From the NCBI GenBank assembly GCA_963662335.2, contig CAXXVD010000003.1, positions 160,001-224,000 of the forward strand: 64,000 nt of DNA. The letters are read 5' to 3'. The notes below the pieces were generated by a model that saw nothing but the letters and a program-made list of their open reading frames with translations, was not told the origin of the DNA and searched no databases. This DNA is from Chloroflexota bacterium. Its GTDB lineage: Bacteria > Chloroflexota > UBA11872 > VXOZ01. A program made the translations under genes and the position numbers. Below are positions 28,271-37,745 of the stretch, one piece after another (within the stretch, counting starts at the first letter, position 1; every line of letters starts with the position of its first letter).

Positions 28271-29776
28271 TTACACGGTCACCCAGACCGGCGTGGTCCA
28301 GGCGCACTGGCCGTTGCGGGCGGTGAGGCGCGCGTAGTAGTAGTCGGTGGGGCGTTCCGGCGCGGTGTCATCTACGGTGGCGCCAAAGGTGTAGTCCTGC
28401 GCGGGCACGGCGCGGTGGATGCGCACGGCGGGACTGCGAAAGCCGTCGCTAAGGTGGGCGCGCGTGCCGGTGAGCAGGTCGTGGAGCGTGTGCGCGGCAG
28501 TGTAGCCGTTGGCCGTGAGCGTCAGCGTGGCGCCGACCGGCATCTCCACGTGCAGGATGAGCCCCTGGGTGGTGGGGTGGCGGGTAGTCACGTTGCCGCG
28601 CGTTACCGAACGCCACGCCACGTGTTGCGCCGATTGTTCGGTCACGGCATGGGGTATGGTCTCGGCCACGCCCTCCACCTGCTCGTGGCGCAGCACCGGG
28701 TCGCCGCGGAAACAGGTCTCGCAGTCCAGAATTGCGCCGTCGTCCACGCGCACCGCCATTTCCCAGTTTGCGTCCCGGTCAACCGCGGACCAGCCCCATT
28801 CGACGTGAATCTTGGCGCGCAGGCGGCGGCCCTTGTCCGGCAGAACGTAGCTGGGCAACGGCGCCCACCGCCGCCAGACCCGGCTATTCTTGATGATCTC
28901 GATCGTATCCCAGAAGTCCGCGCCCTCGGCGCTGACGCTGATTTGCCGCCGGTCGCCGTGGGTCTCGCCGCCCAGCATAGCCTCATTGACGTGGAAGCCG
29001 ACCGCCATCTTATCGCCGGTCACGGCATAGGTGCGGCGGTTCCAGAGCGCGTCCCAAATGGCGTCGCGCGACAATTCGGTGGCATACACGGCCAGCCGGC
29101 CGTCGCCGTACGAGCCCGGATAGCCGGAGTGCTGGTCGGTGGAAGCCACGATGCCGAAGCGGTGCCCGCGCTCGAGCCCGGCCTGGATCGTGCTGTCGTG
29201 GTCGCGGGGGCCCATGGTGTTGAGCATGGGATAGGGCGCTTCGTCGCTTTCCGAACAGCCGTGCATGGAGTAGGTCTCGACGATGGGCGAGTGCGTGGGG
29301 TCGTAGGCGTCCCAGTTGATGCCGCGCCCGCCCAGCGGATAGCCGATGTGATGCGGTTCGAGGATGAACGGCTGGCCCGTTTCTATGAGACTCTGCCGCA
29401 GTTCCGCCAGCGTTGCGCCGCCCAGCAGCGGCCCGCGCGTGCCCTTGTAGAGCACGTGGTGGTCGCCGTACGCCCGCGAGTGCCACTCGTAGCTGAGAAA
29501 CGGGATGAAGCCCGCGCCGTCGTCGAACGACGCGAACGTATCCTGCACCGTGTCCCAGTTCCTGTGCAGTTTGGCGAACCCCTCCTGGTGGTAATCGATG
29601 ATCGCGGCGAACTTCTCCCGGTCCGTCGGAATGTCCGGCCAGAAGGCGTGGCCGGTGACGGAGGCGAAGTCAAGCTGCTGCCGCGCCAGCGTCAAGGCCC
29701 GCTCCAAACTGCCGTGCCCGTAGCTGATGCCGCAGTGGTTGTGGATGTCGCCCCAGAAAAGTTGATACCGCATCAT
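28271..29776 (-). CDS. DUF3604/PHP-like metal-dependent hydrolase
   Basis: WGDIHNHC, SYEW, PHH, ETYSMHG, ASTDQH and RRTYAVTG motifs. Confidence 0.8.
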   Translation of the reverse strand: MMRYQLFWGDIHNHCGISYGHGSLERALTLARQQLDFASVTGHAFWPDIPTDREKFAAIIDYHQEGFAKLHRNWDTVQDTFASFDDGAGFIPFLSYEWHSRAYGDHHVLYKGTRGPLLGGATLAELRQSLIETGQPFILEPHHIGYPLGGRGINWDAYDPTHSPIVETYSMHGCSESDEAPYPMLNTMGPRDHDSTIQAGLERGHRFGIVASTDQHSGYPGSYGDGRLAVYATELSRDAIWDALWNRRTYAVTGDKMAVGFHVNEAMLGGETHGDRRQISVSAEGADFWDTIEIIKNSRVWRRWAPLPSYVLPDKGRRLRAKIHVEWGWSAVDRDANWEMAVRVDDGAILDCETCFRGDPVLRHEQVEGVAETIPHAVTEQSAQHVAWRSVTRGNVTTRHPTTQGLILHVEMPVGATLTLTANGYTAAHTLHDLLTGTRAHLSDGFRSPAVRIHRAVPAQDYTFGATVDDTAPERPTDYYYARLTARNGQCAWTTPVWVTV

Positions 29777-29915
29777 GGAATCCTCGCAATTCTGTTGGCG
29801 GGGGACTGTGGCCGTCCAGCCGGCGCCCCGCGAATCCTCTGCCGCGTGCGGGCGCGGATGGCGGCGGCGTGGCTTGTGTGGCAAGAGAGCGCGGGAATCA
29901 CGCCGGAGGCTGCGC

Positions 29916-30269
29916 CTATTCCGCTGGCCGAGCAGCGCGCTCTGCCGCGCTCACCGGTTCTGTCGCGCCGAGGTCGATCCAAACAACGTCGCGCTCGATG
30001 GCGCGGCGGAAGCGCGGCCGCAGGGTATCCAGCATCAGCACGTCCACGTGGCAGCCGAACTGGGCTTCCAAGTAGTCGATGACGGCAAAGTACTCCCGCA
30101 CAGTCTGATGCTCCGGCGGCAGGTCGATGACCACGTCGAGGTCGCTGGCGGCTTGCGCTTCGTTGCGGGCCACCGAGCCGATGAGGCCGATGGCCTTGAC
30201 GCCGAGCGCGGTTATGTCGTCTCGATGCGCCGTAAGCGTCTGAATTGCTTCACTTCTCGTCCAAGGCAT
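29916..30269 (-). CDS. Minimal nucleotidyltransferase (MNT/MntA) antitoxin
   Basis: GSVARNEAQAASDLD (GSX10DXD) and VDV motifs. Confidence 0.88.
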   Translation of the reverse strand: MPWTRSEAIQTLTAHRDDITALGVKAIGLIGSVARNEAQAASDLDVVIDLPPEHQTVREYFAVIDYLEAQFGCHVDVLMLDTLRPRFRRAIERDVVWIDLGATEPVSAAERAARPAE

Positions 30270-30300
30270 AGGACTTCACCCCGCAGATCTTGCCAAGATG

Positions 30301-30639
30301 TCAGCTCTTGCCTGCTATTTGTTCCAGGGATTTAAGCAGTTCTGAAACATCAATGGTAGCCATATCCCAAACCACCCTATTTGCAACGGTCCAGTAATGG
30401 TGCGCGAGCCTATCTCGCATGCGCGCTAACGCCGACCAGTCAATATGAGGGGCAGCGGATTTTGTTTCCCCAGAGAGTGCCTTAGACGCTTCTCCAAGCA
30501 GGAATAAGGCGTGAGTAACGGCAAATTGCTTCTCCTGGTCGGTAGCATACGACTCGTAGTCGGAGCTTCCGATGAAGCGCCGAATAGCATGGCATAAGTC
30601 TATCATATCTTCGATGCGTTCCCGTTCAGTTCGGCTCAT
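30301..30639 (-). CDS. HEPN (DUF86/HepT) RNase toxin
   Basis: RDRLAHHY (RX4HXY), GEA and VW motifs. Confidence 0.88.
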   Translation of the reverse strand: MSRTERERIEDMIDLCHAIRRFIGSSDYESYATDQEKQFAVTHALFLLGEASKALSGETKSAAPHIDWSALARMRDRLAHHYWTVANRVVWDMATIDVSELLKSLEQIAGKS

Positions 30640-30771
30640 GGCACTCTCCGTGATCTGGAAGCCGTTACGCATAGTCTCGCCGGCCGCATTGGCTTAAATG
30701 TCCCACGCCTGCGCCCCGCGTGCTACAATTGGCGCGGCATTCAGTGACAGTGTACGGCACGGAGCGCACCG

Positions 30772-31125
30772 ATGGCGGATACTGACAGTCCCGAAAAGTC
30801 GCCGGCGGAGCCGGACAACACCGATAACTCGCCGGCGGAGCCGGATAGCGCCAACAAGACACCGGCGGCGGAAAACCGGGAAGAGACCCTGGCGTTATTT
30901 ACGGAGGCGGGCTTTACCGAGCCTCAGGCGCAGGCCTTAGTCGACGTCATGGAAGAGGCGCGGCGCCAGACCGTCACCCAGAACGACCTGCAAGCGCTGG
31001 AACTGCGCATCGAGCGGCGGCTGCAACGCCAAACGAGCATGCTCATCCTGCTGCACCTGATGCTCGGCGGCCTGGTGATTCTGGTGGGTGTGCTCGTGAT
31101 CGCCATCCTCGCGTTGATCGTCTGA
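30772..31125 (+). CDS. CCDC90/DUF1640-like small coiled-coil protein with a C-terminal TM
   Basis: EAGFTEPQAQALV...VTQNDL...LELR plus a hydrophobic tail. 30-bp tandem repeats in the N-terminus. Confidence 0.65.
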   Translation: MADTDSPEKSPAEPDNTDNSPAEPDSANKTPAAENREETLALFTEAGFTEPQAQALVDVMEEARRQTVTQNDLQALELRIERRLQRQTSMLILLHLMLGGLVILVGVLVIAILALIV

Positions 31126-31175
31126 CCGGCCTGCGCCATCTCCCCGCGCCTTGCCGCCATTCCCGCAAAAGTGAT

Positions 31176-31233
31176 GCGCCGCCCGTCGGTGTAGGGGCAC
31201 GACATGTCGTGCCCCTACACCGACGGGCGGCGC
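31176..31233. repeat. REP-like family C (GTAGGGGCACGACATGTCGTGCCCCTAC) within a 58-bp perfect palindrome
   Basis: Perfect 29+29 nt inverted repeat. A second copy at 45860-45897 is a 38-bp perfect palindrome. Confidence 0.9.
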
Positions 31234-31446
31234 GCCAAAACCGGCAGGGGACAAACCCCAAGGCTAGCGCACTTAACCCATTGGCGATAGGAGCCACGCC
31301 CCTACATCTCCGGCAGCGCAGGTTTGTAACCTGCGAGGCTTTGGCGTCAATCCTTTGCGTGTGCTTTTCTCTTGCTCCGGCGGGGGACAAGCCCCCGCGC
31401 TACGCGAACGCGGCGCCATGCGCGGCGGAAGCGCCCGCACTGCGCC

Positions 31447-31558
31447 CTAGATTCCTCGCTGCGCTCGGAATGACACGAGTAAGAAACGTGCTCGGAATGA
31501 CACGAGTAAGAGAGGTGCTCGGAATTACTCGAATATGAGCCGTGCTCGGAGTGACACC
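31447..31558. repeat. Family D right arm plus four 27-bp tandem units
   Basis: GCTCGGAATGAC-like units at 31463, 31490, 31517 and 31544. Confidence 0.85.
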
Positions 31559-31636
31559 ACGAGGAATCACGCGAAGAGCCTACGCAAGCGCGCGGGGAAA
31601 ATGGACGGCGATTCCTGAGGCGCGCTTTGCCCCGGT

Positions 31637-32770
31637 TCATACCGCCGCCGGGACACGGGCGCTTGCGAAGATTTCCTCCAGCCGCGTGATCACCGCCGGC
31701 GCCTCGCTCAGGCGCAGTTCGACGGGATCGATATAGAAGAAGCCCTCGTCGACGTGGTGGGCGCGCGGGTGGATCGAGGGCGTGCCCGCTTTCAGCGCGT
31801 CGCAGACTTCCTCAGCCGTCGTGCCGGTCACGTCCGGGTCGACGATGAGCTTAGCGCGGGTCTGCGGATTGCCGGTAATGTCCGGTTCGGATATTGCCGT
31901 CACGCCCGGCACGCCGGCCATGGCCGCCACCACCATATCGGTCTTCTCGTCCATGCCGGCGGCGTAGGCGTCGCGGTCGAACGTCCGCAGCCACTCCATG
32001 GTGGCGATCACGCTCACGACGCCCTCTTTCGTCGGCTTCATGGCGCGTCCCAGTCCCATGCTCTGGCGGGCCGCCGCGTCAATGAGCGCGCGGCGGCCGG
32101 CGATCACGCCGGCCGTAAAGCCGTTCAGGTGCTTCTGGTCGCTGAAGACCACCGCCGCCGCCCCTTGCTCCAGCAGTTCCCGCGCCAGGAACGCCTCCGC
32201 CGCGCCGTCCACGATCACCGGCACCCCGTGCGCGTCCGCCACCGCCACGAACTCGGCGAACGAAAGCTGGCCGTGCTGCACGGTGTGGTGCGAGAGCACG
32301 TAGACCGCCGCCGCCGTATTGGCGGTGATGGCGCGGGCCATGTGGTCGGGCAGGGCGCGGTTCGCCTCGCCGAACTCGATTGCGGTCGCGCCGCTCATGC
32401 GGATCATCTGGGTGACCGGCGCGCCAAAATTGACGGCGTGGCCCTTCTGGATGATTACCTCGTGCTTCATGCCGGTGGTGTCGGGCAGGCTGAGCACCCG
32501 GCCCAGGTCGTCGCCGGTCATGGCGCCGGCGCAGGTCACGGTAATGCCGGCCGCGGCGCAGTGGGTCACCGTGCCGGCCTCCGCGCCGGTCGCCTCGGCA
32601 ATCGCCGCGTCCGCCACCCCCAGCAACTCCGGCATCTCGACGAATTCCGACATGGCTTCCGCCACCCGGCTTACAACTTCCGGCGGCACCGCCGCCGCGC
32701 CCAAATGGGTCATCTTGCCGCAGGCGTTGATGATGGGCGTCAACCCGTACCGTTCGTGAAAGCGAGACAT
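31637..32770 (-). CDS. SelA-like PLP-dependent enzyme (DgaE/D-glucosaminate-6-phosphate ammonia-lyase-like)
   Basis: IINACGKMTHLG, QKGH, IVDGAAE, FSDQK (PLP Lys) and GRAMK motifs. Confidence 0.8.
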   Translation of the reverse strand: MSRFHERYGLTPIINACGKMTHLGAAAVPPEVVSRVAEAMSEFVEMPELLGVADAAIAEATGAEAGTVTHCAAAGITVTCAGAMTGDDLGRVLSLPDTTGMKHEVIIQKGHAVNFGAPVTQMIRMSGATAIEFGEANRALPDHMARAITANTAAAVYVLSHHTVQHGQLSFAEFVAVADAHGVPVIVDGAAEAFLARELLEQGAAAVVFSDQKHLNGFTAGVIAGRRALIDAAARQSMGLGRAMKPTKEGVVSVIATMEWLRTFDRDAYAAGMDEKTDMVVAAMAGVPGVTAISEPDITGNPQTRAKLIVDPDVTGTTAEEVCDALKAGTPSIHPRAHHVDEGFFYIDPVELRLSEAPAVITRLEEIFASARVPAAV

Positions 32771-33061
32771 CTCTTCCTCTTTCCTGTGGCCAAAGCGAAA
32801 TCCTCTGCCGGCGCGCAACGCGGGCCGCGAATCGCGCTTGTTCTCTCTGCGTATGGAGACCCTTCACCGTGCCTCTAGTGTAGGCGCGCGCAAGAGGGGA
32901 AACAACCCCGCGTTCTGCGTGTAGAGCGGCACGGCGGCAGACTGGCCGGCATCTGGCGAAGGCAATTGCGGCTTTTCGGCATTTGATTTGACTTTTGGCG
33001 CGCAATCGTGCACAATTTCAGTTTGGTGACGTGTTCGCAAGCAAAGAATAAGGAGAAGTGG

Positions 33062-34471
33062 ATGAACACAAGCACCGTGGGTAGCAGTATCACCCGCAGA
33101 ACCATGCTTGGCGGCTTTGCCGTCGGCGCCGGAGCCGTGCTGGCCGCCGCGTGCGGCGCAGGCGCCGCCGCGCCCGCCGAGGAAGCGCCCGCAGAAGAGC
33201 AGGCAGAGCAGAAGGCCGAGACCGCGGCGCCTAAGGCCGAGCCGGTCAACATTCTCTACCTCACCTACACGCGGCCGGCCCGCAACGAGGCCGAGCAGGC
33301 GCTGTATGGCGGTTTCCAGGAAGCCAACCCGGACATCAAGTTGGACATCAAGATCGTGGATGGCGGCGGCACCGGCGTGCGCCAGAACATTCCGATTCTC
33401 TTTGCCGCCGGCACCCCCGTGGGCCTCTTCGAGAACACCTGGGGCACCTGGCTGCAGTTCGTGGAGGGCGAACTGATCGCCCCGCTGACGCCGCTCATGG
33501 CCCGCGACGGGATCGATCCCTACGAGGCGTTCATCGCCGAGGGCGTGGACTTCGTCTCGAACCAGGGCGTGACCTGGGGCTTCCCGGCCAGCATGTCCGT
33601 GGACACGTGGGCCTACAACAAGAACATCTTCGACGAGGCAGGCGTGCCCTATCCGCCGTCCGACCCGGCCGACGAGAGTTGGACGATGGAAGCGTACATC
33701 GACGCCATGGAGAAGCTGACCAAGGGCACCGAGCAGTTCGGTATGCGCCGCGGCTACACCGGCTTCAACACCTTTGGCATCGGCGACGGCACCTTCTTCG
33801 GCGGCCTGGCCTGGGACGCCGAGAACAACAAGGCGACCATGAACAACGATCACTACGTCCAGGGCATCAACTTCTGGATCGACATCGTGGACAAGTTCCG
33901 CGTGATGCCGACGGGCGACGAGCATGCCGCGATCGTTGGTGGCAGGAGCGGCCATCCGTTCTTCACCACCGGCGCTTTTGGCATCTCCGTGATGTTCGTG
34001 GTGCCGCCGGAAGCCAAGGAAGCGGCGTTCGACTGGGGCATTGGCGCGCTGGCGTATACCGGTGATCCGCCAAACCACTCCGGCCGCCACTACACGCACG
34101 CGGTCTTCGCGGGCAACACCGACCACGTCGACCAGACGTGGGAAGTGATGAAGTGGTTCCTGCAGGGCGAGAACGGCCTCACCTACCTCGAGGTCACCGG
34201 CCACGTGGTAACGCCCATGCGGCATCTCTTCGACAAGGCCAAGACGCACTGGGAAGACAAGTACGACGGCAAGGTGGACGGCACCACGTACTTCCTGGAG
34301 GCCCAGCACACGCCGCAGTCCGGTCACGGCATGTTGAAGTACTCCAACTTCTACGACGTCCGCGACGTGCTGCAGCCCGTCTACAACAGCGTGCGCGCGC
34401 GCGAGGCTTCGATCGAGGAATTCCTGCCCTTCGCCGAGACGACGATCAACGAGCAACTCAAGGTCGAGTAG
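33062..34471 (+). CDS. Extracellular solute-binding protein (family 1), Tat lipoprotein
   Basis: TRRTMLGG...LAAACG signal; FQEANPDIK and YNKNIFDEAGV motifs. Confidence 0.88.
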   Translation: MNTSTVGSSITRRTMLGGFAVGAGAVLAAACGAGAAAPAEEAPAEEQAEQKAETAAPKAEPVNILYLTYTRPARNEAEQALYGGFQEANPDIKLDIKIVDGGGTGVRQNIPILFAAGTPVGLFENTWGTWLQFVEGELIAPLTPLMARDGIDPYEAFIAEGVDFVSNQGVTWGFPASMSVDTWAYNKNIFDEAGVPYPPSDPADESWTMEAYIDAMEKLTKGTEQFGMRRGYTGFNTFGIGDGTFFGGLAWDAENNKATMNNDHYVQGINFWIDIVDKFRVMPTGDEHAAIVGGRSGHPFFTTGAFGISVMFVVPPEAKEAAFDWGIGALAYTGDPPNHSGRHYTHAVFAGNTDHVDQTWEVMKWFLQGENGLTYLEVTGHVVTPMRHLFDKAKTHWEDKYDGKVDGTTYFLEAQHTPQSGHGMLKYSNFYDVRDVLQPVYNSVRAREASIEEFLPFAETTINEQLKVE

Positions 34472-34525
34472 GACAGGAACCGGCAACCGGACGCTTGCTT
34501 TTGCGAGCGTGTGGAAGTGTTCGAC

Positions 34526-34562
34526 AAAGAAGGAGGGTCACCCAATGGGTGGCCCTCCTTTG
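34526..34562 (+). terminator. Hairpin terminator after the SBP gene
   Basis: AAGGAGGGTCACCCA-TGGGTGGCCCTCCTT stem. Confidence 0.6.
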
Positions 34563-34572
34563 GTATATCCAG

Positions 34573-34777
34573 GGACCTCTGAACAAGTACATGGCATAAC
34601 TTATGCCAGCAAGGAAGTGTCTCGAGTGGAGGAGAAAGGCATTGGAGCAGCCGTCGTTTGCGGAGACGGAGTACGCGCAGAAGAAGCGCAAGTCCCGACG
34701 GGAGAAGTTCTTGGAGCGCATGGACGAGCCCGCACACCACTATCACCCTAGCCAATACCGACTTGCTCAGACCTTCC
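34573..34777 (+). mobile_element. Internally deleted IS5-family element (205 bp, MITE-like)
   Basis: Imperfect terminal IRs GGACCTCTGAACAAGT / ACTTGCTCAGACCTTCC. Encodes only an IS5-type transposase N-terminus (LEQPSFAETEYAQKKRKSRREKFLERMD from 34642). CTAG at the right flank. Confidence 0.85.
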
Positions 34778-35327
34778 CTAGTCTATTTAGGCTTTCACCA
34801 TCCCGCGCCCAAGGCAAAGCATAGATCTCCCGTCGCCGCAGCGACCCTCAACGTCATATCGGACGTTGGTGTAGGTGTGCGCGCAGGAGTGGTTGTGGCT
34901 TCAGGCGTTGCAATCAGTGTAGGCGCGGGCACCGGAGTGGCTGTGGAATCGGCCGCTGAAATCAGTGTAGCGTGAGCACAGGGGTAGCGCTCCCGCCGCC
35001 GGGGACGTAGTCCGGCTCCCAGGGGAAGCGTTCTGTGTTCAGCCGCTGTTACAGGCCGTTGGGGCCGTTGATCCAGGTGCGGTAGCCGTCGGTGAAGGCG
35101 GTCCAGTTGTCGGCCTTGCGCCAGACCAGCAGGCCGCCGGTGGTCTGTTGTACGCTATCGTCGGTGGCGTTGTAGTGCTCGTTCTCCAGGCATTCGCCCA
35201 CCACGTCGTGGCCGACCAGGTCGCGCAAGGTCTTGAAGCCGAGGACGAATTGGCACTCCGCCGCCGAGAGGGTAGCCGGTACAAGCAGGGTCAGGGCAAG
35301 GGCAAAGAACACCGCGAGACGCTTCAT
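34778..35327 (-). pseudogene. Pseudogene paralog of the 18377 surface protein
   Basis: Near-identical N-domain with a TAA at 35049-35051. Homology continues (ERFPWE, GATATGACGTTGAGGGTCGCTGCGGCGAC, CCTTGGGCGCGGGATGGTGAAAGCCTAA) up to the IS5 end. Confidence 0.88.
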
Positions 35328-35838
35328 GGGCGCTCCTCCAGCCCCCTGGCGGCAGTGGACACGGCCACGCTGCTTGCTCTGTCACCTACGCAAGGCATAT
35401 GGGCTAGACAGGTCAACTGCGGTTCACGTCTATAGAGTATCTGGCTAGATGGATAATTTCAATAGTTTAAATGGAAGTGATATAGAGAATAGGCTCCCTT
35501 TGGATAGTTTCAGACCGGGGCGCGGCGTCTGCGGGTGGCAGATGCCTGATATCGCCCCTGCGCACGCTCTTCATACGCGCCATCACGTTGCAGCAAGAGT
35601 CCTGTCACAGACTTCCACATCGACAAGAGAACCCTGCGTACCTCCGTCATTCTCACGAAAGCGGGAATCCAGTCGCACCGTCCGCTGCGGCGCGCCGCCC
35701 TAGCGGCTAGGGTCATAGGCAGGATGGCGCGCATGACGGCACGTTGAGCCGCGCCGCTGCTATGGCGTATAGTGGTACATGAGATATTTTCCCGTTGCAA
35801 CGTAACCCAGCATGAGAGAGTGAGCAAGGACCCTTCGC

Positions 35839-36132
35839 ATGGGCGTAAAAGTCTACATTCCCACACCGTACCGCCGCTTCACCGGCAACCAGTCGCGGGT
35901 GGAGATTGAAGCGGCGACCGTGGCGCAACTCTTGCAGGAGCTCGAGCAGCAGTTCCCCGGCATCGGCGCGCAGATCGCGGACGAAAACGGCGACATTCCC
36001 GGCTACCTCAACGTCTACGTCAACTCGGAAGAGGTGCGCACGCTCCAGGGCAAAGATACCGCGCTTACGGACGGCGACGAGGTCTCGGTGATACCCGCCA
36101 TGGCCGGGGGCGCACGCGCGCTGGGCAGGTAA
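35839..36132 (+). CDS. MoaD/ThiS/CysO ubiquitin-like sulfur carrier with a C-terminal extension
   Basis: VYIPTP.R, NVYVN.E and DGDEVSVIPAMAGG followed by ARALGR. Confidence 0.9.
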   Translation: MGVKVYIPTPYRRFTGNQSRVEIEAATVAQLLQELEQQFPGIGAQIADENGDIPGYLNVYVNSEEVRTLQGKDTALTDGDEVSVIPAMAGGARALGR

Positions 36133-36167
36133 CCCATTTGCCGCGAACATGGCCGTTAGGTGAATGC

Positions 36168-37463
36168 ATGATTCCCCGCTATACCCGTCCCCAGATGGGC
36201 GCGATTTGGTCTGAGGAGCGCAAGTTCGCCACGTGGCTCCAGGTGGAACTTGCCGTGTGCGCGGCCTGGGCCGAGCACGGCAAGGTGCCGGCGGAAGACA
36301 TGGCAAAGCTGCGCGAGGCGCGGACGCCGTCCCTGGAGCGCATCGCGGAAATCGAGCGCGAGATCGACCACGACCTGAACGCCTTTCTGATGGCGGTGGC
36401 CGAGCAACTGGGCGACGAAAGCCGTTTTCTCCACCTGGGTTTAACGTCGTACGACGTGGAGGATACGGCCACCGGCATCCGCTTGCGCGACGCCGCCGAC
36501 CTGCTGCTGGCGGGTATCGACGCCTTGAGCCGCGTGCTCGAGGCGGCGGCCGTCGCCTATAAGGATCTGCCGCAGATTGGGCGCACCCACGGCGTGCAGG
36601 CCGAGCCGATTTCGTTCGGCTACAAGCTGCTGGTGTGGGTGGACGAGATGCGCCGCAACCGCCAGCGGTTGGCAGCGGCGCGGGCGCAGGTGGCAGTGGG
36701 CAAGATTTCCGGCGCGGTGGGTACCCACGCCAACGTGCCGCCGGCAATCGAGGACCGGGTGTGCGCCAGTCTCGGCCTGGCGGTCGCGCCCACCTCCACG
36801 CAGATCATCCAGCGCGACCGCCACGCCGATTTTGTCACGACGCTGGCGGTGATAGCCGCTTCACTTGAAAAATTCGCCACCGAAATTCGCAATCTCCAGC
36901 GCACCGAGGTCTTGGAGGTGGAGGAGCCGTTCGAGGCCGGGCGCGTGGGGTCGTCCGCCATGCCCCACAAGCGCAATCCCGCCCGCTGCGAACGCATCTG
37001 CGGCCTGGCGCGCCTGCTGCGCTCCTATGCGCTCACGGCCCTGGAGAACGTGGCGCTCTGGCACGAGCGCGACATCACCAACTCCGCGCCGGAACGGGTT
37101 GTTCTTCCCGATTCCTGCATCATCCTCGACTATATGCTCGACCTCTTCACCCGCGTGATGGCGGATCTGCGCGTCTACCCCGCAAACATGGCGCGCAACC
37201 TGGCGCAGACCCGCGGCCTGGTCTATAGCGAGGGTGTGCTGCTGGCCCTGATCGACACGGGGCTTACCCGCCAGGCCGCCTACGCCATCGTGCAGGAGCA
37301 CGCTACCGCGGCCTGGGAAACGGGCGCGGACTTCGGCGCGCTGCTGAAAGGCGATGCGCGGGTGCGGGCCCGCCTGGACGAGGATGAGATCGACGCGCTC
37401 TTCGACGCGCGCCACCACCTGCGCAATATCGCGGCGTCTTACGAGCGGATGGGGTTGTCGTAG
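36168..37463 (+). CDS. purB: Adenylosuccinate lyase
   Basis: MIPRY, HLGLTSYD, GRTHG, GKISGAVGT and GSSAMPHKRNP motifs. Confidence 0.97.
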   Translation: MIPRYTRPQMGAIWSEERKFATWLQVELAVCAAWAEHGKVPAEDMAKLREARTPSLERIAEIEREIDHDLNAFLMAVAEQLGDESRFLHLGLTSYDVEDTATGIRLRDAADLLLAGIDALSRVLEAAAVAYKDLPQIGRTHGVQAEPISFGYKLLVWVDEMRRNRQRLAAARAQVAVGKISGAVGTHANVPPAIEDRVCASLGLAVAPTSTQIIQRDRHADFVTTLAVIAASLEKFATEIRNLQRTEVLEVEEPFEAGRVGSSAMPHKRNPARCERICGLARLLRSYALTALENVALWHERDITNSAPERVVLPDSCIILDYMLDLFTRVMADLRVYPANMARNLAQTRGLVYSEGVLLALIDTGLTRQAAYAIVQEHATAAWETGADFGALLKGDARVRARLDEDEIDALFDARHHLRNIAASYERMGLS

Positions 37464-37632
37464 TTGCCCACTCCCCCGGCGGTGGGCAAGAAACCGGGTA
37501 CCTGCGGTTCAGCGGGCGCAGATGTCGAGACCAACCCCCCGTCACCGCATACCGGGGTAGGGCACGCCGCAACGGGCGGGGGACAAGCCCCCGCGCTACG
37601 TTTCGTCATTGCCATGAAAACAGCGTGACCAA

Positions 37633-37738
37633 GCCGTTCGCCCTGAGCAGGGTCGAAGGGTGAACGGCAAAGGAAGCGGGTAACGGCATTCAAAACTTCT
37701 CTCTCCGTTCATGCTTCGACTTGCTCAGCACGAACGGC
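37633..37738. repeat. Palindromic repeat family F (CCGTTCGCCCTGAGC...GTCGAAGG...GAACGG), two inverted copies
   Basis: Copies at about 37633-37668 and 37705-37738. Also at 50558-50590 and inside a CDS at 51581-51625. Confidence 0.8.
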
Positions 37739-37745
37739 TCGCCGC

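Noticed and set aside
31463-31558. Possible CRISPR array (regularly spaced GCTCGGAATGAC)
   Set aside because: The period is only 27 bp, the 'spacers' resemble each other, the repeat is the end of palindrome family D and there are no cas genes.
18377-35327. Diversity-generating retroelement TR/VR pair (two near-identical segments)
   Set aside because: The shared part is the N-terminus plus promoter, the differences are not adenine-specific and there is no reverse transcriptase. It is a gene duplication.
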